From a bacterium (lineage in GTDB: Bacteria > Zhuqueibacterota > Zhuqueibacteria > Zhuqueibacterales > Zhuqueibacteraceae), in contig JBIOXB010000242.1 in NCBI GenBank assembly GCA_044869275.1, positions 1 through 43,271 of the forward strand: a DNA stretch of 43,271 nt. The letters run 5' to 3'. Within the stretch, counting starts at the first letter, position 1. Each line of letters begins with the position of its first letter. Positions 35,774 to 43,271 of the stretch are shown piece after piece. The notes beneath the pieces are model-generated. The model had not been told where the DNA came from and did not search any database. It saw only the letters and a program-made list of their open reading frames with translations. A program made the position numbers and the translations under genes.

Positions 35774-38206
35774 ATGGAGCGTATTCGATACGCGGCCATT
35801 TTTTTAGTCGGAATGTGCTCGGGAATCAGCTACGGCTCTTCACCCGCCTTCTCTGGTTCATCACAAAACTCCACCACCCAGGGCGCGGCGCCTCACGTTA
35901 CGTCGTTGCGCCAGCAGCTCGGCCTTTCGCCGGATTTGCGGTTGGAATGGATTACCAGCAACAATGGCATGGACACCATGCGCGTGGTTGACGATTTCAA
36001 TCGCGGCAACATCGGCGACAACTGGGCGCTGGATGACGGCTATTGGGTCATTAAAGACGGCGAGCTGGTGTTGACGAGCGCCGCCATTTATGAATGGCGC
36101 TATCTGGCGGTGTTCAAGCCGATTTTCAATACCGCCGAGCGGCAGATTTACTCGGTGTCTTATCGCTGGGGCAAGAATGCGGACGCCGTGGGCATCGGCG
36201 AGGGCGCGCACGCGTTGATGATCACTGCACCTTCGCATTTCGGCAGCGGCTACTGGCTCTGGCGCCGCACCAATCAAAACTCGGTTTGGCTGTATGCCAT
36301 CAAAGACGGCACGTGGGAATATACGCCCGGCGAAAGCAAAGAATTTCACCGCGCCAGCTCACACGTGCCCATTCCCCAGGGCGGCGACTACATCGAAGCT
36401 GTGATTTACAATCAACCTGAAGCAGTTTATTTTGACTATTACGTCAACGGACAATGGGACGCCACCGTGCGCGACGGATCCAAGGAATTTGCGCAAAATC
36501 CCACCTGGTACGCAGGCGTCTTCATTCACGGCCAGGATTTGAACAACCAGGTGGACGATTTCACCATTACCTGGCTGGGCGGCGATAATGTTGCGCCGGC
36601 AACAGTGAGCGATTTGCACGCGATCGGGAGCTCACCCACGAGTGTAACCCTGGAGTGGACTTCGCCCGGCGACAATTTTTATGACGGTCGTGCTAATCGC
36701 CTGGTGATTCGCTATTCCAGAAATCCGATTACGGCCGCCAATTTTTCTGCTGCAACGCTGGGGGCGAATGTTCCTGCACCGGCAAACGGGGGCGAAACCC
36801 AGCAATATGCCGTCACGGGATTGAACACGAATACCGACTACTATTTCGCATTGCGCGCTTTTGACGAAGTGGGCAATGCCAGCGAGATGTCGAATGTCGT
36901 CTCGGCGCGCACACGCAGTGCAGGCGTGGCGCAAAGCGTGGAGCTGCTCAGCGCGTGCGACCAAACCGGCGAAGTCGGAACGGATTTGACCGTGCAAGTC
37001 AAAATTACCGATCAAGACGGTGAGGGCGTGGCGGGTCAGCTGGTCGATTTTGCCGTGACCGCCGGAGAGGGAAATTTTGCCGGCAAAAACGAGCATTCCA
37101 TGTTGACCGACGCCAGTGGCGTCGCTACAATTGACTGGACCCTGGGCACGGTAGCCGGTGAGAATAGAATTGAAATCATCGCGACCAACCTGCAAAATTC
37201 GCCGCTGCGCTGCAACGTGACGGCAACCGCCGGAGCTGCAACACAATTTGTCACGCTCAGCGCGAACCAACAACTTATGTCGCCCAACACCACTTCCGAG
37301 CCGCTGGTGGTGCGGCTGGCCGATCAATATGGCAACGGCATTGCCGACGCTGCCGTGACTTTTTCCGCCTCCTCCGGCGACGGCAGGTTCGTCAACGCCA
37401 CTTCCACAAGCGGCAGAAGATTCAGGACGCGAACAGACAACGAGGGCAAGGCGAGCGCGCAAGTGCAAGCTGGAGATGCCTACGGCGACAGCACGGCGAT
37501 TGCCGTGAGACTGGATGATAACACCGCCGTGCCAGCCGCGCGATTGAGCGTCAAAACCACCGTGGCGGAAGCGGTCGCCATGGTCAACGGCGACCAGCAG
37601 ACGGCTCTCTCTGGCCAGCAGCTGCCGCAGCCTCTCGTGGTGAAAATCACGGATCAGCTCGGCGCGCCCGTGCCCGATTACACCGTGCGCTTCAGTGTGA
37701 TCAGCGGCAACGGCTCTTTGGCGGGCGACGGCACCTCCACAGAAATTGCCACCGACAGCTCTGGTCACGCCTCGACCTCGTGGATCATCGGTTTGGGAGT
37801 CAACAAACTCGAAGCGAGTGCTGAAGACTTGCAGGGTTCACCGGTGGTCTTCACCGCGACGGGCATGGACTCCACCAACGCTGTTGTCGAAAGAAACGGC
37901 GTGGTGCCACAACAATTTGCCCTGTTGCCGAACGCGCCGAATCCGTTCAACCCTTCCACTCATATTCATTTTGAATTGCCGCAGAATGCTGAAGTCGCCA
38001 TTGAGATTTTCGATTTGAGCGGCCGCCAGGTGCGGAGATTATTCGAGGGCACGCTTGCGCCGGGCCTGCATCGCTTGATGTGGGATGGCAAGGACGAATT
38101 CAGCCGTGGGCTGGATTCGGGAATCTATTTCTGCCGCCTGCGCGCCCGCATCCTTGGCGCTAATGAAATCCACATCGCCACGCGCAAGTTGACTTTGGCG
38201 AAATAA
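35774..38206 (+). CDS. Secreted multidomain protein: beta-sandwich N-domain, FN3, invasin-type Ig repeats, C-terminal FlgD-Ig/T9SS-like domain
   Basis: AGGAG RBS and signal peptide; VTLEWTSPGD...YYFALRAFDEVGN (FN3); VKITDQ.G..V...V.F.V..G.G repeats; NAPNPFNPST...WDGKD...SGIYF. Confidence 0.88.
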   Translation: MERIRYAAIFLVGMCSGISYGSSPAFSGSSQNSTTQGAAPHVTSLRQQLGLSPDLRLEWITSNNGMDTMRVVDDFNRGNIGDNWALDDGYWVIKDGELVLTSAAIYEWRYLAVFKPIFNTAERQIYSVSYRWGKNADAVGIGEGAHALMITAPSHFGSGYWLWRRTNQNSVWLYAIKDGTWEYTPGESKEFHRASSHVPIPQGGDYIEAVIYNQPEAVYFDYYVNGQWDATVRDGSKEFAQNPTWYAGVFIHGQDLNNQVDDFTITWLGGDNVAPATVSDLHAIGSSPTSVTLEWTSPGDNFYDGRANRLVIRYSRNPITAANFSAATLGANVPAPANGGETQQYAVTGLNTNTDYYFALRAFDEVGNASEMSNVVSARTRSAGVAQSVELLSACDQTGEVGTDLTVQVKITDQDGEGVAGQLVDFAVTAGEGNFAGKNEHSMLTDASGVATIDWTLGTVAGENRIEIIATNLQNSPLRCNVTATAGAATQFVTLSANQQLMSPNTTSEPLVVRLADQYGNGIADAAVTFSASSGDGRFVNATSTSGRRFRTRTDNEGKASAQVQAGDAYGDSTAIAVRLDDNTAVPAARLSVKTTVAEAVAMVNGDQQTALSGQQLPQPLVVKITDQLGAPVPDYTVRFSVISGNGSLAGDGTSTEIATDSSGHASTSWIIGLGVNKLEASAEDLQGSPVVFTATGMDSTNAVVERNGVVPQQFALLPNAPNPFNPSTHIHFELPQNAEVAIEIFDLSGRQVRRLFEGTLAPGLHRLMWDGKDEFSRGLDSGIYFCRLRARILGANEIHIATRKLTLAK

Positions 38207-38227
38207 CAGGACTTCCTCCCTCCTTGA

Positions 38228-38266
38228 AAGAAAGCCGGCAGTGGATTTATCGCTGCCGGCTTTCTT
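38228..38266. terminator. Bidirectional terminator between convergent genes
   Basis: AAGAAAGCCGGCAG / CTGCCGGCTTTCTT perfect 14-bp inverted repeat. Confidence 0.8.
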
Positions 38267-38317
38267 GTCGATATGTGTCTGGACGTATGGGCATCCGACC
38301 TGACTTCCGCCCATAGT

Positions 38318-39073
38318 TCAAGGCGACAGTTGTTCAAGAGATGATACGGCTTTTTGAATTCCATGAAGCATCGGCATCTCATTCCAGGTTCGGCCTTCGA
38401 GCTCCCTGCCGGTTCGCTTCTTGCGAGTACCACCCCATTGTTTGAAAAAGAAAGGAACCCCGGCTTTTTGACATTGATTTCGAATATCAATTACCCACAA
38501 CGGGTTCATCGGTCTCGCGCTCGGACCGGACTCGCCGCCAACAATGACCCAGTCGATTGCACTCAAGTTCAAGCGCTGGAGCGGCCCCAATAGCGGTTCG
38601 AGAGAAAGAAATTTGATGTGTGCGCTGGTCTCGCGCAAGTGATCGATGCGAAACGCATAGTCTTCAGCCTCCACACTCACGCCCATCCAGATATGAGGCG
38701 ACCAAGGCAAAATCGAATCGAGCTCGTGCAATCGAGCGGATCTCTTGGTCAAAATTTGATATTTGTGCCAATTCGCCCTCCACATCACTTCGAACGCTTT
38801 CAGGATGAATGCTACCGGAACCTCTTGGTGAAAAAGGTCACTCATGGAGTTGACAAAAATGGTCTGCGGCTTCTTCCATTTCAGAGGCAATTCCAATGCG
38901 TATTCATGCAAAGTGAGATCAAAGCCGTTGACGTAATTAGGTTGCCCCATCGCTTTCAGGCGTTTCGCCATGCGTTCTGCATAACAATGCTTGCACCCTG
39001 GGCTGATCTTGTTGCAGCCCGTCACGGGATTCCAAGTGGATTCGGTCCATTCAATGGATGATTGAGTAGCCAT
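38318..39073 (-). CDS. DUF5131 / phage Gp37-Gp68 family three-Cys-motif protein
   Basis: [64 protein letters not shown]. Confidence 0.93.
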   Translation of the reverse strand: MATQSSIEWTESTWNPVTGCNKISPGCKHCYAERMAKRLKAMGQPNYVNGFDLTLHEYALELPLKWKKPQTIFVNSMSDLFHQEVPVAFILKAFEVMWRANWHKYQILTKRSARLHELDSILPWSPHIWMGVSVEAEDYAFRIDHLRETSAHIKFLSLEPLLGPLQRLNLSAIDWVIVGGESGPSARPMNPLWVIDIRNQCQKAGVPFFFKQWGGTRKKRTGRELEGRTWNEMPMLHGIQKAVSSLEQLSP

Positions 39074-39077
39074 GCCG

Positions 39078-39959
39078 TCACCTCCGTAGAATATCTTGAG
39101 CAATCTTGATCGCTGTTTTCGTTCCTTGTGGATTTGCTGAAGCGAAACATAGCAGATAAAGCGGATTATTGCGAGAATTCAATAGTGGTAGTGGATTCTT
39201 AGCAACACCTGCAAATACCTTTTGGAGACGTTCAACAAAGTACTCTTCAATTCGATCGAAGCCTTTCAATTTTTCGATACGAGAATGCTCGCCGAAGAGA
39301 TCGATACTTATCGTGGTTTGGTAGAAGGCGTCATACCAATCCGAGGCGCCAAAGATGGCGTCGAGCCTTTGCCGCATCGATTCACGGATATCGCCATCTT
39401 TCTTTAGCAGCCGGTTCACGGCCACGCCGAGCGGAAAAAGATACCACATGTCAATTGCCTTGGTCTTTGCAATAGCCACAACGGTTTCCCACGTGACTTG
39501 CATACCGAAGGGGTCGAGAAAAAGCACGGCACGATTCCTATGCCATTTAAAGTTTTGACAGAGTGCTTTGAGATAACCATTGGCATCCGCATTCACAAGA
39601 ACAATGTCGCTTTGAACAGCTGGGAAATCCGTTTTGAGCTTTTGTAATTCCGCAAAACGGCCTGTGTCACTTTCAATAAAAATATACTTGGTGAATCTTG
39701 GCTGGATTTGCAGGGCTATACGGGCCGAGCCTTCTAAAAACTCTTTCGATTCCTGTTCGACCAGTTCGGGAAACATCAATTTGCTTGAGTTTTCTTCTTG
39801 CTTCAGGGTGCGGTACCCTCTCCCGGCAAACGCGTCGATGTAAGCGAAGCGAAATTTCTGCTTGCTCATGATTTTGGCGTAGGCAATGAGATATTTGCGG
39901 ACACGCTTCAATTTTTCACCTGTCCAATCGCCGCCAAAAAGCTGCTGCGTTTGATTCAT
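39078..39959 (-). CDS. tcmP: Three-Cys-motif partner protein (SAM-dependent methyltransferase-like fold)
   Basis: WTGEKL...[20 protein letters not shown]....LYLLCFAS; directly upstream of DUF5131. Confidence 0.88.
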   Translation of the reverse strand: MNQTQQLFGGDWTGEKLKRVRKYLIAYAKIMSKQKFRFAYIDAFAGRGYRTLKQEENSSKLMFPELVEQESKEFLEGSARIALQIQPRFTKYIFIESDTGRFAELQKLKTDFPAVQSDIVLVNADANGYLKALCQNFKWHRNRAVLFLDPFGMQVTWETVVAIAKTKAIDMWYLFPLGVAVNRLLKKDGDIRESMRQRLDAIFGASDWYDAFYQTTISIDLFGEHSRIEKLKGFDRIEEYFVERLQKVFAGVAKNPLPLLNSRNNPLYLLCFASANPQGTKTAIKIAQDILRR

Positions 39960-40187
39960 ACATAACCCTTCATTGTTTAAGCCGTTTTTCTATCTGACTG
40001 GTCGTTTCGGTGTGCTTTTCACCTCGTAGCCGTTCGCTGCCCTCCATTTTCTGTCTGTATTTCTACCGACAGTCTGGCGAGCGCTTTTAGCGCGATCATC
40101 CGCCAGACAAAAACAAAGGGAAAAAGTTTGTTAACAGCGCTGGTTTCATCCAGTGGAGATGAAACTTTCAGTTCCGCCGCTGCGGGA

Positions 40188-41052
40188 TCATTGTGAGTCT
40201 GACTCTTTTGTGGCATAAACAATCCCGCCGCCCATGATTGTGTACAGTGTCCTCACCTTCACATTGCCTCGCTCATCGATCCAGTCTGCAGGCTTGACGC
40301 GCAGCAGATGAGTGTCCAAAACAGTTATGTCGGCCAGTTTGCCCTCGGTGATCGTTCCTTTTATATTTTCCTCGAAACTCGCATATGCCGATCCCCACGT
40401 ATAAGCATTGATCGCCTCTTCGACGGAAAACTTCTCCTGAGGAAACCAGCCTTCGGCCGGGGTTCTTTTCACCGTTTGGCGCGTCACCGCAGCATAGAGA
40501 GCATAAATCGGATTGATGGGGTAGTACGACGCCGAGGTGCCAGGCCAATCGCTGCCGAAGCAAATGGTTGCGCCTTTATCGCGCAAAGTTTTGAAAGCAT
40601 AGGCGCCTTTGCAACGCTCGTAACCGATACGCTCTTCCATCCAGCGCATGTCGTCGCTGAGATGGAAGGGCTGTACTTCCGCAACGATGCCCAATCCTCG
40701 CAAACTCTCAAAATCACGCAGCGCTGGCAAAATGTACGTGGTTATCGTTGAAGCCCGGCACGACGAAGTTGCCTTTTAAATCGATGAGGCGAGTGTTTGC
40801 TCCCTTCAGCTTTATGACTTCCGCATTGCTTCCCACTTTGATGATATTTTCGCCGCGGATAGCAATGGTCTCGGCTTGTGGCTTGGCTTCGTCGACTGTC
40901 CAGACGAAGCCGTTGTGGAGGATAAGGTCGGCGCTCTCAAGAGGGGTGTATGTTGTGCTTTGTGCACATGCCGGTGCGAACTGCGCTAAAAGCAAGAAGC
41001 CGCCAACGGCGGAAGCGAGTAGAGATTTGAAGTTGAAAGGAGAGATGATCAT
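40188..41052 (-). pseudogene. YtcJ-like amidohydrolase with a large internal deletion and frameshift
   Basis: N-part (signal peptide...VVPGFNDNHVHF) stops at 40714; C-part (AEVQPFH, FGSDWP, KGTITEGKLADITVLD) continues in another frame; the central region including the catalytic His segments is absent. Confidence 0.85.
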
Positions 41053-41118
41053 CACAACCTCGAGTAAGGAAAATTTCACGCAGTGATTCACTACTATTCA
41101 AATTTTCCACCGTTTGCA

Positions 41119-41931
41119 TCATTCCGCCGTCTCATCAAATCCGGGCCTCACAAACCGGCGTGCTTCTGGAAAATGATGTTCAGTCTTCCGGCGCAAGCGA
41201 TCCAGGTGCAGAAGCAGGGTGAGAATGTCGTCGGTTTTCTCAGGAAAATGCTCGCGCAACGCCCCCCAAGCAGAGATGGAGCGATCCATGCCGATCAAAG
41301 CGACTTTTGCAGAGCCGTCGGAATCTTTTGGGAAGGAATCATCTTCTGATTCATCGTCAAAATCATCCTTCCTGAGCGCCCGCATAAGCTTCACGTGGAT
41401 CTGATGTTGATACCATCGAATCACTGCCACGGCGTCCTTGATGCTGGCATCGACGATTTGCGGTTGTTCGCCGCCAATCTCGAGCTCCAGCATAGAGACG
41501 AGCTCATCTTTCTTCTGCGCGAAAAGTCCTTGCTCCGCTTCAAACCAGCCGTCTACCATGGCTGCGTATTTCTCCGAAGCCATTGCCAGCTCGTGATTTT
41601 CCGCCTGCTCACGCCTGCGCCGTCCCTGACTTTCCGCCTCCGCAAGATCCGTAGCCTCAAGGTCGAGGCCTCGTTCTTTGGCCGTTTCTTCGAGCATTTC
41701 CCTGGTTCTTTCGAATATCGCTTTCAGCTTCTCCCAAAACGCCTCATTATTGAGATCATGCACCGCCGGATCGCCGCGATCCGCTTCTTCTTGCGCGTAA
41801 ACCAGGCATCGCGCCGTGAACGCACAGCGCTCGCACCAACGATCGCAGTAGTTGTAGATTCCGGAAATGAATTTAGGATCTTTGGCGAGCTGAAACAGGT
41901 CTTTGCCATTTGATATTTTTTTCCTTGGCAT
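41119..41931 (-). CDS. Conserved hypothetical protein with N-terminal Cys cluster
   Basis: GIYNYCDRWCERCAFTARC followed by helical acidic sequence; GGAGG RBS. Confidence 0.8.
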   Translation of the reverse strand: MPRKKISNGKDLFQLAKDPKFISGIYNYCDRWCERCAFTARCLVYAQEEADRGDPAVHDLNNEAFWEKLKAIFERTREMLEETAKERGLDLEATDLAEAESQGRRRREQAENHELAMASEKYAAMVDGWFEAEQGLFAQKKDELVSMLELEIGGEQPQIVDASIKDAVAVIRWYQHQIHVKLMRALRKDDFDDESEDDSFPKDSDGSAKVALIGMDRSISAWGALREHFPEKTDDILTLLLHLDRLRRKTEHHFPEARRFVRPGFDETAE

Positions 41932-41992
41932 AATGCCCCTCCTTCCCTTTTGTATGACATTCAAGTTTCATGTGAATTAAATCACGTTTAGG

Positions 41993-42350
41993 TCAATACT
42001 CCTTCTCAAACCTCGCATGTACCCACAGGAATTCCTGTCTTTTGTTCATCACGCGCACAAGGCCGCCGAAGCCGGGGTCTTTGGCTTTGAGCAGGGCGTG
42101 AAGTTCGCGCAGGGTCGCGCCCTGCGCGCGGATGGCTTCGCCGTGTTCGAGAGAGGTAGTGTCAGCCGCGCCAATGAGTTCACCGATTTTGGTGGTTTCG
42201 CCAATAGCTGAGTCGATGACGCTCTTGCTGAAGTCGAGTTCTTCTTCAATGGCTTTATAACTCTCCACTGAGATCAAGTTTCTTTGCCCCACCACACCGC
42301 GCTTCTTCGATTTTCTTTTCTGCTTCGCGATAGGCCTGGTCATGTACCAT
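41993..42350 (-). pseudogene. Remnant of an LRR-Roc-COR (Roco)-type gene: first about 30 codons joined out of frame to last about 88 codons
   Basis: ATG 42350 with AAGAAGG RBS gives MVHDQAYREAEKKIEEARCGGAKKLDLSGEL*, a typical pre-LRR cap; after about 42265 another frame gives ...GATLRELHALLKAKDPGFGGLVRVMNKRQEFLWVH...EY*, recalled as a bacterial Roco C-terminus. Confidence 0.65.
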
Positions 42351-42381
42351 AGCCGCCTTCTTTCTGGTTGATGTGAACCCC

Positions 42382-42466
42382 TAGAGACGTTCCGCCGGAA
42401 CGTCTCTACATCCCGCGAGGTAGATACATTCCGGCGTGTAGGGGCGGCCCGGCGGGCCGCCCCTAC
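42382..42466. repeat. Cluster of GTAG-type REP palindromes
   Basis: TAGAGACGTTCCGCCGGAACGTCTCTA (42382-42408), half copy GTAGATACATTCCGGCG (42420-42436), GTAGGGGCGGCCCGGCGGGCCGCCCCTAC (42438-42466). Confidence 0.9.
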
Positions 42467-42763
42467 GGCGGTTGGTTTGGACAGTTGCATCTGATGCGTT
42501 ATCACCACCATCCCATGCAAATGATTCGGCATCATCATCCATGCATCCAATTCGACATTGGGTCGAATCTGTGGCGTCTTTTGCCATTTTTCCGCGACGA
42601 TTTCGCCCATGGGCGACAAATGCATTTCGCCTTCCAAAATTTCGCCAAAGAAATGTGCACGATCACTCGTGCAAACCGTAACAAAATACATACCAACGCG
42701 AAAATAATCCAAATCCCGCAGGCGCGTGGTTTCAATGCGGTGTTTGTTTAGGAATAAGGTCAT
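42382..42763 (-). mobile_element. Truncated REP-associated tyrosine transposase (RAYT/TnpA-REP, Y1 HUH family), N-terminal half only
   Basis: RIETTRLRDLDY...YFVTVCT...FFGEI...MPNHLHG (HUH); no catalytic-Tyr C-terminal half; REPs inside and upstream. Confidence 0.85.
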
Positions 42764-42795
42764 GGGAACCCCCATTAAAATGCTTGGTGATCCAG

Positions 42796-42824
42796 GTAGA
42801 AACGTGCCGGCGGAACGTCTCTAC
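42796..42824. repeat. GTAG-type REP palindrome upstream of the RAYT
   Basis: GTAGAAACGTGCCGGCGGAACGTCTCTAC, an imperfect copy of the 42382 REP. Confidence 0.85.
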
Positions 42825-42839
42825 ACGGTGGGCCGCTCG

Positions 42840-43271
42840 TCAATTCTCTTCATCACCAGCCAACCCCTTGGCATCTTTATCCTCCAATTTCAACTTTGCC
42901 GGCGAGCTTTTGAGGCGCTTCTCAACCTGTTTGATATGCTCCGCTGGCGGCAGGTTCTCAGGCATAGTACCGCCGATGCGCTGAACATTTTGTTTTGCAC
43001 GCCGGCCTCGCGCGCCGCGCCGGAAAGCGCTTTGAACTCCTCCGAAGTTTGTTTGCGCAGCTCCAGCCGTTCCAAATCTGCGGCTTGGGCATCGGACAAT
43101 TCCTGCCGCCGTGTTTGCACGGCAAAATATTTTTGCGCGTTGGCAATTTCCGGCTTGCGCGGATCGCCGTTCTGCGCAATGAGATAGCAGGCGAAACGAG
43201 AAAGGTGGTAATCGGGCACTTCGCGTTTGCTACCGGATCCCAAATCGACCATTTTGCCGGCGCCGGCAAAA
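42840..43271 (-). pseudogene. dinD: DinD-family gene with internal deletion and frameshift (5' end outside window)
   Basis: KMVDLGSGSKR...LSRFACYLIAQNGDPRK...AQKYFAVQTRRQE; at about 42983 it jumps to another frame encoding QRIGGTMPENLPPAEHIKQVEK...*; the usual GY.GLYGG...ELAAN middle is missing. Confidence 0.85.

Noticed and set aside
38318..39073. Prophage inferred from the 'phage Gp37/Gp68' family gene
   Set aside because: No integrase, structural or replication phage genes are in the window
40070..40170. Two hairpins (GTCTGGCG/CGCCAGAC; GTTTCATC/GATGAAAC) as an ncRNA upstream of tcmP
   Set aside because: Adequately explained as terminator-like structures after the amidohydrolase; no family features recognised
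40714..40730. Programmed frameshift or selenocysteine read-through at the amidohydrolase TGA
   Set aside because: The downstream part is in a different frame and roughly half the enzyme is missing, so recoding would not restore it
41993..42775. 260-aa ORF as a genuine RAYT fusion protein
   Set aside because: It reads through REPs and through the out-of-frame start of another gene and lacks the catalytic Tyr half; better explained as a deletion chimera

Overview
A gene-dense, GC-rich bacterial chromosomal segment. The C-terminal 'NAPNPFNPST' FlgD-Ig/T9SS-like domain and gene style suggest an FCB-associated lineage such as KSB1, Calditrichota or Ignavibacteria (inference). Positions 1-38 kb hold mostly recognisable genes: pckA; a minus-strand run of ridA-like, nbaC, dinB-like, vapBC, pduL and a Nudix gene; a cysteine desulfurase; RecQ; a NarL regulator with two HtrA-like proteases; a metallophosphoesterase; an M23 peptidase; a PadR-TolC-MFP-RND efflux operon; a signal-peptide/DUF151/PDZ protein; an ABC-2 exporter with an M16 peptidase; a molybdopterin oxidoreductase; and a large secreted Ig/FN3 protein. 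Two patterns are not explained by the gene list. (1) Intergenic spacers, mostly inside operons, carry inverted degenerate tandem repeats, each with a different 6-9 bp unit; six form long local hairpins and others are single arms. (2) In the last 3 kb, next to a TcmP/DUF5131 pair, three genes (amidohydrolase, LRR-Roc-COR, dinD) are 'hollowed out', keeping sequence on both sides of a large internal deletion. A REP-associated tyrosine transposase there is cut off right at a REP palindrome. Two canonical sigma-54 promoters precede exported proteins. No rRNA, tRNA or CRISPR array was seen. All family assignments come from motif recognition by eye, not database searches.
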